Shown here piece after piece: positions 25,301-33,700 of a stretch of DNA of 37,343 bases. The notes beneath the pieces were generated by a model. It had not been told where the DNA came from. It searched no databases and saw only the letters and a program-made list of their open reading frames with translations. This DNA is from Nemertoderma westbladi (taxonomy: Eukaryota; Animalia; Xenacoelomorpha): contig JAUCBJ010007257.1 in NCBI GenBank assembly GCA_032718475.1, positions 1-37,343 on the forward strand, in the 5' to 3' direction. The translations under genes and the position numbers were made by a program. How positions within the stretch are numbered: position 1 is the first letter of the stretch; each line of letters opens with the position of its first letter.

Positions 25301-26239
25301 CAATGAGAACCAACTCAGCGTTGGATAGTTCGGGGGTAGTGTGAGTCTCCATGGCAACAACATCACCATTGTCGGGGTAGTCCGCAGACCGTCTAAAAAT
25401 GGAAAATTATTTAATGAATATCGTTAAATAATAAAACAAACATTGAAGAGATAAGTTGTGTAAAGTATCTCTTTATAGGACACCAATGAGAGTTGTTTAC
25501 GGTAAATCGAAGCTATGGGTATCGCGGGCATTGTTTTTTACTCTTGTTTTTTAGTTCCGCGTAGCGAGACTTCTAGTATTCACTCCGTTGTTGGTGGTGT
25601 TGTTGTTGTTAATTTTCTAGTTGGGTTTTAGCTTTATAAGGCTTCATACGGCGCAGTGGCGAAGTTGTTAGAGCGTTGGACTTGGAATCTCTAGGTACCG
25701 AGTTCAATCCCAATTTCCGGTGGAATTTATATTTTTTAATAAAATATTTCGATTTTGTAATAATTGGTTTACTTGAAACTTGAAAGCATCATTCAGATTG
25801 GTAGTAAGCCATTCAAGGAGACAATTCATGCGTTAGTAGACGTTTAAGCAATTTCGCTTGTTTTTACCAATAATTAATCGCCAGTTTGAATAAACAAACT
25901 AGAAAAGGGTTTGTACTCGCAATGTAACATAGATTGTAGAACGCCCTCGTGCGCCATTTTGGAGAAACCCTAAAGTAATTAAGATAAATGTGTATTGTTT
26001 ATCTAACAAAGTATTGTTCTAGGTATAGGCACGATATACTGTAAATATTATACAACTAACATTAATTGATTGGATTCTGCGATATCGGAATTGAGTTGAT
26101 CCCATCTCCTATTGGTGTGATCCAATGTTTCCTGTAACTTACGGCCGTCTAGGTTATTGGATTGCCGGATTATCATACCCCCAACTGTGTTCAAACTCGT
26201 TACCAATGGGCTCAGTTCAGCAATGTCAGCCTCTAACTT
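2359..26239 (-). CDS. DMD: Dystrophin/utrophin-family gene, internal part (9 exons; central spectrin-repeat rod incl. hinge-3 region). Gene continues beyond both ends of the called span.
   Basis: Exons 26239-26061, 25392-25167, 25040-24732, 24385-24154, 17093-16909, 16731-16614, 14426-14209, 8172-8024 and 2542-2359 all have AG/GT boundaries and compatible phases (0-2-0-0-1-0-1-0-2-0), giving one open frame. Peptides FDQSVSELRDWLLVIEHILRSQIVTIGDVDEIKEKILKQK and LIMSYSDEDTTRVKQVIEDMTEKW resemble human dystrophin exon 51 and exon 54 sequences as I recall them. The symbol denotes the family or pro-orthologue. Confidence 0.88.
2588..3749. repeat. 23-bp minisatellite (~50 copies)
   Basis: Unit ATGGGCGAGTAGTAGATGGGTAC with variants; responsible for the MYPSTTRPCTHLLL ORFs. 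Confidence 0.95.
3849..3958. repeat. Short degenerate tandem repeat (CCCATATATCTGGAGTCAG-like, ~5 copies)
   Basis: Recurring gcccatat(at)ctgg motif. Confidence 0.7.
4283..4322. repeat. (TG)n microsatellite
   Basis: Seen directly. Confidence 0.95.
5067..5606. repeat. ~144-bp tandem repeat, ~3.8 copies, with (GTCT/GTCA)n tracts; possibly the central repeat of a Helentron/DINE-like element
   Basis: Units start at 5067, 5209, 5355 and 5498 (AACATTCTCGCTATGGGGGTTTTAAGG...). The element assignment is inference. Confidence 0.85.
5783..5854. mobile_element. Possible end of a TTAA-type (piggyBac-like) non-autonomous transposon with a 19-bp perfect hairpin
   Basis: ATGACGTCCACTGCACGTC (5783-5801) and GACGTGCAGTGGACGTCAT (5819-5837), then AGGCTCTAAGGGG|TTAA. 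No partner end was found. Confidence 0.4.
5925..6180. mobile_element. Degenerate long inverted repeat (old MITE/foldback-like)
   Basis: GTGAAAGTTCTACAACATTAGTAGAT...TAGCTAGT...TTTGAAATTAT is mirrored by ATAATTTCCAAAA...ACTAGCTA...ATCTACTAAGGTTCTAGAATATTCAC. Confidence 0.55.
6770..7228 (-). mobile_element. Decayed Penelope-like retroelement fragment (RT thumb/linker)
   Basis: Frameshifted translation YIKPAS / VTINFNSRHPSTTLYSTARNIINRAI / LARNEWPKETI...PLVVPYINEAILRKV / RVVPTSGPKLRDILIRS follows the PLE motif order YxKP, NFxSxHP, RA, NGYP, LPY. Confidence 0.7.
8024..8172 (-). CDS. DMD: Dystrophin-like exon (149 nt; ~human exon 54 equivalent)
   Basis: tttcccag|GAA TCG...GCG AG|gtcggt; ESELTVAKQQVVNLTETGHRLIMSYSDEDTTRVKQVIEDMTEKWNCLGAR; phase 0 to 2. 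Confidence 0.88.
8523..9111. mobile_element. Non-autonomous Tc1/mariner-superfamily (Tc2/pogo-like) MITE
   Basis: TA|CCATATTTACTCGAATGAGAG ... CTCTTATTCGAGTAAATACGG|TA: 21-bp TIRs with 2 mismatches, TA flanks, and an internal 19-bp repeat CCTCGAATAAACGCCCC. Confidence 0.8.
8876..9058. repeat. 19-bp subterminal tandem repeat inside the MITE (~9-10 copies)
   Basis: (CCCTCGAATAAACGCCYCC)n; shares CTCGAATAA with the TIR. Confidence 0.9.
9482..9735 (+). repeat. 5' LTR
   Basis: TG...CA ends with 7-bp terminal inverted repeat; contains a TATATA and an AATAAA. Confidence 0.97.
9736..9749 (+). promoter_or_regulatory. Primer-binding site GGTTATGGGCCCAG (Drosophila copia type; pairs with an internal part of initiator tRNA-Met)
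   Basis: Abuts the 5' LTR; same motif as the known copia/hemivirus PBS. Confidence 0.85.
9852..13877 (+). CDS. Copia gag-pol polyprotein (Gag, CCHC knuckle, protease, integrase, RT, RNase H)
   Basis: CYNCGNKGHWKRDC; WCIDSGAS; WHQRYGH...CESC; HSDVCGP / SDNGGEY / AERLNRTL; YVDD; YCDSDWAG / YEDNQGAI / ADILTK. Integrase lies before RT, the copia order. First ATG is at 9852. Confidence 0.97.
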   Translation: MSEVTIKDEFRIAKFNGENYHDWKFQMELLLIAKDLWGYADGTEVLDPAAEDARRTAFRRGDNRARAIICLNMETDQQVYVRNATTAKEAWTSLRDHFEKTTLAHVVMYRRRLYNLILKEGDSVLTHVNEIRKLSDHLREIGDPVQERDLIVILLSSLPPLFASLVTSLEGSDLDTLTWGSVRDRCLHEEEKSKQFINRDKLTENAFTASAGGSSTKKSPMFKSSSSSSHNKKSGGGDKPGKCYNCGNKGHWKRDCYKPTKFGQKGKQSSLGQNEHAEVAEENGMECGIALITSMTGTADWCIDSGASQHMTFDKSKYNSFKELEPPRPILLGDNRVVNAVGTGNIHIEVAVEGKLRSITLKDVLYLPELRRNLFSVRAANKAAKGVEVIFTNDECIVMVNGCKEIIGKLNGKLYQFHENDYLNIAVEKVDINLWHQRYGHLNYDSLKQLINKNMISGMKMAGENDKLCESCIIGKHHRLPFPTKEAESKEREILELVHSDVCGPLPTESIGGSRYFVTFTDDRSRYIMEFCIRNKSSVFEKFKEYVATAENATGKRVKILRSDNGGEYTSNEFNNYCSERGIQREFSVPHTPQQNGIAERLNRTLMESVRSMLHNSSLPKCFWAEAISTAVYLRNRSPTSVIRGKTPYEVWHDHKPDVSNLRVFGCDAYIHIPDKTRKKLDAKSIRCRFVGYCNEHKGYKFFCPESKKMLVSRDVKFIENNFAKTAKEVYDELGDSHVFSIPQNTETRDPVGAQHLYGDDGHNVVAGGAPIEINRYPRREHREPESDPGVIRGNWWETRDWRHDLIPQASDNAEFAMIIESDEPRTYDEASQGPYNKQWKEAMDNEINSLTENNTWNLVELPNDKNLVGSKWTYKIKRDSKGNVSRFKARLVAQGYSQKQGIDFKEVFAPVARYSSIRLLLAITNELNLDVHQLDVKTAFLNGVIDSNIYMKQPQGYIDKEYPNSVCKLNRSIYGLKQSARLWNRRLDKVLKGEGYRQSGADNCIYVKKVDNRFILLSVYVDDLIIASNCIDLLNEEKTLLMSKFQMTDQGEIEYILGMVITRNRQSKETSISQSQYLKDILYRFGMDCCNPVSTPMEVNGKFDKLADDDEGIDTALYQAVIGSLLYAAIGTRPDIAQAVGVLSHFVSKPGATHWAGIKRLLRYIKGTVDYGIKFVGNDNGLLVGYCDSDWAGDESNRKSTSGYVFTFNGGAISWQSKQQPVVALSTTEAEYIALTSACQEYIWLSRLLVDIGMAHLNSGTIYEDNQGAIALAKNPIQHRRTKHIDIRYHFIREKIENGEVDIKYCPTQNMMADILTKGLAREKFLGLRHKLGVMNQIVP
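13897..13905 (+). promoter_or_regulatory. Polypurine tract
   Basis: GAGTGGGAG immediately before the 3' LTR. Confidence 0.8.
13906..14159 (+). repeat. 3' LTR
   Basis: Copy of 9482-9735. Confidence 0.97.
14209..14426 (-). CDS. DMD: Dystrophin-like exon (218 nt; ~human exon 53 equivalent)
   Basis: atttttag|TG GAG...AGA CTG|gtgagt; EQLVNQYEDTVKSLNRRSHLLEALLRDS...LQKQQEDHSRL; phase 1 to 0. Confidence 0.88.
14703..14976. mobile_element. Small MITE-like element with ~20-bp inverted repeats
   Basis: CCCATGTGAAGAATACCAGG (14703-14722) versus CCTGGTATTCTTCACATGGG (14904-14923), and a second right copy CTGGTATTATTCACATGGG (14958-14976). Confidence 0.55.
16069..16205. repeat. 67-bp perfect tandem duplication
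   Basis: TGGGTTGGAAGGACCGGAACAACC...TATAGGAA present twice. Confidence 0.9.
16614..16731 (-). CDS. DMD: Dystrophin-like exon (118 nt; ~human exon 52 equivalent)
   Basis: cttattag|AAT ATG...GCT AAA A|gttagt; NMIEEVEDKQRKVEEVKGTAQGLLEDVPDGDARCLIHAK; phase 0 to 1. Confidence 0.88.
16909..17093 (-). CDS. DMD: Dystrophin-like exon (185 nt; ~human exon 51 equivalent)
   Basis: ctttcag|TT GTT...CAG AAG|gtcagt; VRTQSPPIIQGSMDQPSDWPNFDQSVSELRDWLLVIEHILRSQIVTIGDVDEIKEKILKQK. Not in the ORF track. Confidence 0.9.
17692..17705. promoter_or_regulatory. Candidate RFX X-box overlapping the SPATA1 start codon
   Basis: GTAACCATGGAAAC fits GTHNYY-AT-RRNAAC. Confidence 0.4.
17698..19695 (+). CDS. SPATA1: Spermatogenesis-associated protein 1-like, 665 aa, intronless, nested antisense in a dystrophin intron
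   Basis: N-terminus RPDSEQLVDVHIY...SAGFLRVHPELRL...FLKSVG...VKNKQE...FLPP...PEI and C-terminal WKKRYYEEKKKTAPLEE resemble the SPATA1 N-domain and SPATA1_C as I recall them; long central E/K/R/Q/M coiled coil. Confidence 0.85.
   Translation: METKRPDSEQLVDVHIYVLPHNHWSDQYHTAYNDAMNFTVSAGFLRVHPELRLNELRTEILDQTDEEVIPPEYIFLKSVGRTMATVKNKQETKVKVKHFLPPHNFAPEIIVLAKSGGADSSRTVGSFKEHIRFKEEEGDITLEEETPDIPSVPVEEHRHDHLEIDGVKVTHAISRGPTQMEPPTPYKPPLSATPPVSPDNAGFLPVGDLPPRTAEPRRIEPRESVKDNGGAATDELRKKQLEMEDQARQRQIDMEDESRKRQRDLEEQERERDKQMLEQEREYQQQLLEKEKNQAEAERRREADMMKKQKELEKQQLEKEREMMMQELEMQKKMQDKEREMADKQKEMEKIAEDKEREWKEKQIAMEEERIKKEMEELERLRQQLEELRMQMMEDKQDVMREKMEQERQGAQLEREKAELEMRMKAEEARRKAEDEERERRRKQEAEELERVRKKEAQDRLLREHTEVPTEQTDRPPSRPQTSPAKIDAPRPSTAQMKVDLANKLEDLKRARDERLEIQHIREQLLHKAKTIQAKVTHKRQKAKEEWKKRYYEEKKKTAPLEEHLVRLRNELGALQRKQIQRLEKERDTSATEEGAVLADNKLHTMKLDNQVNDVRQRVEESKMKLMCEMKLRYQAESEMKVLRAELTQKKMQAQIDRSKTGKLY
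19936..24163 (-). repeat. 23-bp minisatellite (~180 copies) derived from an exon/intron junction; each unit carries GTAAGT
   Basis: Minus-strand unit GGTACCAAACGA|GTAAGTTAAAC; begins at the donor of exon 24385-24154 (AACGAAACCA|GTAAGTTAAAC). Confidence 0.96.
24154..24385 (-). CDS. DMD: Dystrophin-like exon (232 nt; ends in hinge-like segment)
   Basis: atttccag|TCG CTC...GAA ACC A|gtaagt; SLSDGVPSRQSSIERLN...LNSNWEKVKHML...VVSVNET; phase 0 to 1, matching the next acceptor. Confidence 0.83.
24433..24737 (-). repeat. 14-bp minisatellite (~21 copies) derived from an exon/intron junction
   Basis: Minus-strand unit GTGAAG|GTTAGTGG; the first unit is the end of exon 25040-24732. Confidence 0.96.
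24732..25040 (-). CDS. DMD: Dystrophin-like exon (309 nt)
   Basis: tttttcag|ACA TTG...GTG AAG|gttagt; TLESALVSYNDRLQATNEAGRRF...LEKWVKEIRTRLETPGIGDTQLDVK; phase 0 to 0. Confidence 0.85.
25167..25392 (-). CDS. DMD: Dystrophin-like exon (226 nt; linker plus spectrin helix A)
   Basis: atttttag|A CGG...CTT AAG|gtttag; RSADYPDNGDVVAMETHTTPELS...FRNSIDDLCVWMDDCD...HLINLK; phase 2 to 0. Confidence 0.82.
25650..25720 (+). mobile_element. Degenerate tRNA-derived sequence (SINE head or tRNA pseudogene)
   Basis: A-box-like TGGCGAAGTTG and B-box-like GAGTTCAATCCC at tRNA spacing; the stems do not pair properly. Confidence 0.5.
26061..26239 (-). CDS. DMD: Dystrophin-like exon (179 nt; ~human exon 45 equivalent)
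   Basis: cattacag|AAG...TTA AT|gttagt; encodes KLEADIAELSPLVTSLNTVGGMIIRQSNNLDGRKLQETLDHTNRRWDQLNSDIAESNQL; phase 0 to 2. Not in the ORF track. Confidence 0.85.
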
Positions 26240-26409
26240 CTGTAATGCAAATGCAAATATTATCTAATACATTGCGTTGCGGTGGGGTAGGTATAGTTAA
26301 TTAGTTTGGGATTAACCTATGGTATTAGGGGATTACATTTTATAACATCAAGTATAATCACATTGCAAATGTGGGCGTTTGTAACAACAAGCTCAGCAGA
26401 AAGAAATTC

Positions 26410-27010
26410 GGTCAAATTGGTGGAATAGGAATTCTGCTAAACCCATTTGCACTTCAGTTCAGACCATTTTATGAAGATATGACTTGGATTTATAAAGGGA
26501 CATTCCGAAACACAATATCAAAGCCATTGCTGGTGACATGAATCCGCCAATTGAACCAGAAGACATCAGGGTTTACACCAATAACAACAGTTTAAATGTA
26601 AAATATTTGTACACCTTATTCGTAAACCTAATGTAAGAATTCGAATTGATACCAACAAACACCACATTCGAAAAGAAGGGAAACTATGGACCTTTTAATA
26701 CCGTAATGAACCAAAGCACAAGCATGATTAACTGCCGAGGCATACAGCTCGTTCGACCTAATTGGTTCGGACCACGGAATTGTGACTGCAGATGTGTACG
26801 GCTAAAAAAAAATTGGTCTATGGGTACCCAAGGTGTAGTAATGCCGACTCAGTTTGAGAGCTAGTAAACCCAGGACAAAGACTCCAGCCAGGAAAAGTGC
26901 ATACAACTGATAAAAACACATCAAACAACAAAAAACATCGGCGTGCCAATAGCCCTGAAGAAAATGTTTCAGATTGAGAAATGGAAAGATCTTTCAACAA
27001 CGGGCTTGTG
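26410..27010 (+). mobile_element. Decayed non-LTR retrotransposon (LINE) AP-endonuclease fragment
   Basis: Frameshifted motifs in order: GGIGILL, IPKHNIKAIAGDMN, LIPTNTTFEK / KLWTF, GSDHGIVTAD. Confidence 0.72.
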
Positions 27011-27087
27011 CTGTGCGTGCTGTGTATGCCACCAAACATGTAGATTACTAACGAGCTGGCACGCCGTCTTCAGGGAATGGAGTTTCA

Positions 27088-27166
27088 TAATGAATGTTAT
27101 TGTAAATTCTGGGGTCTTATTAGTACAAGGGAGCGTAGACCCCAGAATTTACAATAACATTCATTA
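27088..27166. other. Perfect 30-bp inverted repeat with 19-nt loop
   Basis: TAATGAATGTTATTGTAAATTCTGGGGTCT (27088-27117) and AGACCCCAGAATTTACAATAACATTCATTA (27137-27166). Confidence 0.9.
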
Positions 27167-27758
27167 CCAAACATGTAGGTCAGGATTGGATTCATTTAAT
27201 AGGAACATTAAATCATTTCAGATCTATGTAAAAAAGCGACATATCATCTTTAACAAATACCATAACAAAAATAAATAATAATAATTAAATGTATTATAAT
27301 TAGTATTCTATTTAAATGTATTAATCACAAATTAATTACATTCCGGTCTAATCGACCTTCTAATATCCTGCCAATCTACCCAGGCGCGGGGTCACGCATA
27401 CTCTCTGTGGGCGTCATATTAATTTCAAAAATTCAATAATCTAATAGTATAATATAGTTAGTTCCATTTGAGTAACTAGTAACTAATTTATTTTCATATT
27501 TCTATTCCGCCTTGCTAATGATATGATCTATGTATTAAATCAGTAAATTATAATATCACAAATTACTTGATGCAGTATCATCCACCACCAACCAACCAAG
27601 ACCAACTACTAGTTTTGCTATTCGTCCGTGCCCTTTCCTTGTAATTTACAATCTACTGTGCGCGCAGTGATAATTATAAGTTTTATATTGTTATCACTTG
27701 GATAAATAAAACAAAATCAAAAGTCAGAACTACAAGGAAAATATATAAAATTAACTCG

Positions 27759-30700
27759 CCTACAACTGCCGCTACGTGGCTCGCCCCACACACCTACACA
27801 ACTACCACTACGTGGCTCGCCCCACACACCTACACAACTACCACTACGTGGCTCGCCCCTACACACCTACACAACTACCACTACGTGGCTCGCCCCACAC
27901 ACCATACACAACTACCACTACGTGGCTCGCGCCCACACACCTACACAACTACCACTACGTGGCTCGCCCCACACACCTACACAACTACGACTACGTGGCT
28001 CGCCCCACACACCTACACAACTACCACTACGTGGCTCGCCCCACACACCTACACAACCACCACTACGTGGCTCGCCCCACACACCTACACAACTACCACT
28101 ACGTGGCTCGCCCCACACACCTACACAACTACCACTACGTGGCTCGCCCCACACACCTACACAACTACCACTACGTGGCTCGCCCCACACACCTACACAA
28201 CTACCACTACGTGGCTCGCCCCACACACCTACACAACTACCACTACGTGGCTCGCCCCACACACCTACACAACTACCACTACGTGGCTCGCCCCACACAC
28301 CTACACAACTACCACTACGTGGCTCGCCCCACACACCTACACAACTACCACTACGTGGCTCGCCCCACACACCTACACAACTACCACTACGTGGCTCGCC
28401 CCACACACCTACACAACTACGACTACGTGGCTCGCCCCACACACCTACACAACTACCACTACGTGGCTCGCCCCACACACCTACACAACTACGACTACGT
28501 GGCTCGCCCCACACACCTACACAACTACCACTACGTGGCTCGCCCCACACACCTACACAACTACCACTACGTGGCTCGCCCCACACACCTACACAACTAC
28601 CACTACGTGGCTCGCCCCACACACCTACACAACTACCACTACGTGGCTCGCCCCACACACCTACACAACTACCACTACGTGGCTCGCCCCACACACCTAC
28701 ACAACTACCACTACGTGGCTCGCCCCACACACCTACACAACTACCACTACGTGGCTCGCCCCACACACCTACACAACTACCACTACGTGGCTCGCCCCAC
28801 ACACCTACACAACTACCACTACGTGGCTCGCCCCACACACCTACACAACTACCACTACGTGGCTCGCCCCACACACCTACACAACTACCACTACGTGGCT
28901 CGCCCCACACACCTACACAACTACCACTACGTGGCTCGCCCCACACACCTACACAACTACCACTACGTGGCTCGCCCCACACACCTACACAACTACCACT
29001 ACGTGGCTCGCCCCACACACCTACACAACTACCACTACGTGGCTCGCCCCACACACCTACACAACTACCACTACGTGGCTCGCCCCACACACCTACACAA
29101 CTACCACTACGTGGCTCGCCCCACACACCTACACAACTACCACTACGTGGCTCGCCCCACACACCTACACAACTACCACTACGTGGCTCGCCCCACACAC
29201 CTACACAACTACCACTACGTGGCTCGCCCCACACACCTACACAACTACCACTACGTGGCTCGCCCCACACACCTACACAACTACCACTACGTGGCTCGCC
29301 CCACACACCTACACAACTACCACTACGTGGCTCGCCCCACACACCTACACAACTACCACTACGTGGCTCGCCCCACACACCTACACAACTACCACTACGT
29401 GGCTCGCCCCACACACCTACACAACTACCACTACGTGGCTCGCCCCACACACCTACACAACTACCACTACGTGGCTCGCCCCACACACCTACACAACTAC
29501 CACTACGTGGCTCGCCCCACACACCTACACAACTACCACTACGTGGCTCGCCCCACACACCTACACAACTACCACTACGTGGCTCGCCCCACACACCTAC
29601 ACAACTACCACTACGTGGCTCGCCCCACACACCTACACAACTACCACTACGTGGCTCGCCCCACACACCTACACAACTACCACTACGTGGCTCGCCCCAC
29701 ACACCTACACAACTACCACTACGTGGCTCGCCCCACACACCTACACAACTACCACTACGTGGCTCGCCCCACACACCTACACAACTACCACTACGTGGCT
29801 CGCCCCACACACCTACACAACTACCACTACGTGGCTCGCCCCACACACCTACACAACTACCACTACGTGGCTCGCCCCACACACCTACACAACTACCACT
29901 ACGTGGCTCGCCCCACACACCTACACAACTACCACTACGTGGCTCGCCCCACACACCTACACAACTACCACTACGTGGCTCGCCCCACACACCTACACAA
30001 CTACCACTACGTGGCTCGCCCCACACACCTACACAACTACCACTACGTGGCTCGCCCCACACACCTACACAACTACCACTACGTGGCTCGCCCCACACAC
30101 CTACACAACTACCACTACGTGGCTCGCCCCACACACCTACACAACTACCACTACGTGGCTCGCCCCACACACCTACACAACTACCACTACGTGGCTCGCC
30201 CCACACACCTACACAACTACCACTACGTGGCTCGCCCCACACACCTACACAACTACCACTACGTGGCTCGCCCCACACACCTACACAACTACCACTACGT
30301 GGCTCGCCCCACACACCTACACAACTACCACTACGTGGCTCGCCCCACACACCTACACAACTACCACTACGTGGCTCGCCCCACACACCTACACAACTAC
30401 CACTACGTGGCTCGCCCCACACACCTACACAACAACCACTACGTGGCTCGCCCCACACACCTACACAACTACCACTACGTGGCTCGCCCCACACACCTAC
30501 ACAACTACCACTACGTGGCTCGCCCCACACACCTACACAACTACCACTACGTGGCTCGCCCCACACACCTACACAACTACCACTACGTGGCTCGCCCCAC
30601 ACACCTACACAACTACCACTACGTGGCTCGCCCCACACACCTACACAACTACCACTACGTGGCTCGCCCCACACACCTACACAACTACCACTACGTGGCT

Positions 30701-33700
30701 CGCCCCACACACCTACACAACTACCACTACGTGGCTCGCCCCACACACCTACACAACTACCACTACGTGGCTCGCCCCACACACCTACACAACTACCACT
30801 ACGTGGCTCGCCCCACACACCTACACAACTACCACTACGTGGCTCGCCCCACACACCTACACAACTACCACTACGTGGCTCGCCCCACACACCTACACAA
30901 CTACCACTACGTGGCTCGCCCCACACACCTACACAACTACCACTACGTGGCTCGCCCCACACACCTACACAACTACGACTACGTGGCTCGCCCCACACAC
31001 CTACACAACTACGACTACGTGGCTCGCCCCACACACCTACACAACTACCACTACGTGGCTCGCCCCACACACCTACACAACTACCACTACGTGGCTCGCC
31101 CCACACACCTACACAACTACGACTACGTGGCTCGCCCCACACACCTACACAACTACCACTACGTGGCTCGCCCCACACACCTACACAACTACCACTACGT
31201 GGCTCGCCCCACACACCTACACAACTACCACTACGTGGCTCGCCCCACACACCTACACAACTACCCCTACGTGGCTCGCCCCACACACCTACACAACTAC
31301 GACTATGTGGCTCGCCCCACACACCTACACAACTACCACTACGTGGCTCGCCCCACACACCTACACAACTACGACTATGTGGCTCGCCCCACACACCTAC
31401 ACAACTACCACTACGTGGCTCGCCCCACACACCTACACAACTACCACTACGTGGCTCGCCCCACACACCTACACAACTACGACTATGTGGCTCGCCCCAC
31501 ACACCTACACAACTACCACTACGTGGCTCGCCCCACACACCTACACAACTACGACTACGTGGCTCGCCCCACACACCTACACAACTACCACTACGTGGCT
31601 CGCCCCACACACCTACACAACTACGACTATGTGGCTCGCCCCACACACCTACACAACTACCACTACGTGGCTCGCCCCACACACCTACACAACTACCACT
31701 ACGTGGCTCGCCCCACACACCTACACAACTACCACTACGTGGCTCGCCCCACACACCTACACAACTACCACTACGTGGCTCGCCCCACACACCTACACAA
31801 CTACCCCTACGTGGCTCGCCCCACACACCTACACAACTACGACTATGTGGCTCGCCCCACACACCTACACAACTACCACTACGTGGCTCGCCCCACACAC
31901 CTACACAACTACCACTACGTGGCTCGCCCCACACACCTACACAACTACCCCTACGTGGCTCGCCCCACACACCTACACAACTACGACTATGTGGCTCGCC
32001 CCACACACCTACACAACTACCACTACGTGGCTCGCCCCACACACCTACACAACTACGACTATGTGGCTCGCCCCACACACCTACACAACTACCACTACGT
32101 GGCTCGCCCCACACACCTACACAACTACGACTACGTGGCTCGCCCCACACACCTACACAACTACGACTATGTGGCTCGCCCCACACACCTACACAACTAC
32201 GACTATGTGGCTCGCCCCACACACCTACACAACTACCACTACGTGGCTCGCCCCACACACCTACACAACTACGACTATGTGGCTCGCCCCCCACACCTAC
32301 ACAACTACCACTACGTGGCTCGCCCCACACACCTACACAACTACGACTATGTGGCTCGCCCCACACACCTACACAACTACCACTACGTGGCTCGCCCCAC
32401 ACACCTACACAACTACGACTATGTGGCTCGCCCCACACACCTACACAACTACCACTACGTGGCTCGCCCCACACACCTACACAACTACGACTACGTGGCT
32501 CGCCCCACACACCTACACAACTACGACTATGTGGCTCGCCCCACACACCTACACAACTACCACTACGTGGCTCGCCCCACACACCTACACAACTACGACT
32601 ATGTGGCTCGCCCCACACACCTACACAACTACCACTACGTGGCTCGCCCCACACACCTACACAACTACGACTATGTGGCTCGCCCCACACACCTACACAA
32701 CTACCACTACGTGGCTCGCCCCACACACCTACACAACTACGACTATGTGGCTCGCCCCACACACCTACACAACTACCACTACGTGGCTCGCCCCACACAC
32801 CTACACAACAACCACTACGTGGCTCGCCCCACACACCTACACAACTACGACTATGTGGCTCGCCCCACACACCTACACAACTACGACTACGTGGCTCGTC
32901 CCACACACCTACACAACTACCCCTACGTGGCTCGCCCCACACACCTACACAACTACGACTACGTGGCTCGCCCCACACACCTACACAACTACCACTACGT
33001 GGCTCGCCCCACACACCTACACAACTACCACTACGTGGCTCGCCCCACACACCTACACAACTACCACTACGTGGCTCGCCCCACACACCTACACAACTAC
33101 CCCTACGTGGCTCGCCCCACACACCTACACAACTACGACTATGTGGCTCGCCCCACACACCTACACAACTACCACTACGTGGCTCGCCCCACACACCTAC
33201 ACAACTACGACTATGTGGCTCGCCCCACACACCTACACAACTACGACTACGTGGCTCGCCCAACACACCTACACAACTACCACTACGTGGCTCGCCCCAC
33301 ACACCTACACAACTACGACTACGTGGCTCGCCCCACACACCTACACAACTACGACTACGTGGCTCGCCCCACACACCTACACAACTACCACTACGTGGCT
33401 CGCCCCACACACCTACACAACTACGACTACGTGGCTCGCCCCATACACCTACACAACTACCACTACGTGGCTCGCCCCTCACACCTACACAACTACCACA
33501 ACGTGGCTCGCCCCACACACCTACACAACTACCACTACGTGGCTCGCCCCACACACCTACACAACTACGACTATGTGGCTCGCCCCACACACCTACACAA
33601 CTACGACTACGTGGCTCGCCCCACACACCTACACAACTACCACTACGTGGCTCGCCCCACACACCCACACAACTACCACTACGTGGCTCGCCCCACAAAC

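Noticed and set aside
25650-25720. Functional tRNA gene
   Set aside because: Acceptor and anticodon stems do not pair; kept only as a tRNA-derived relic.
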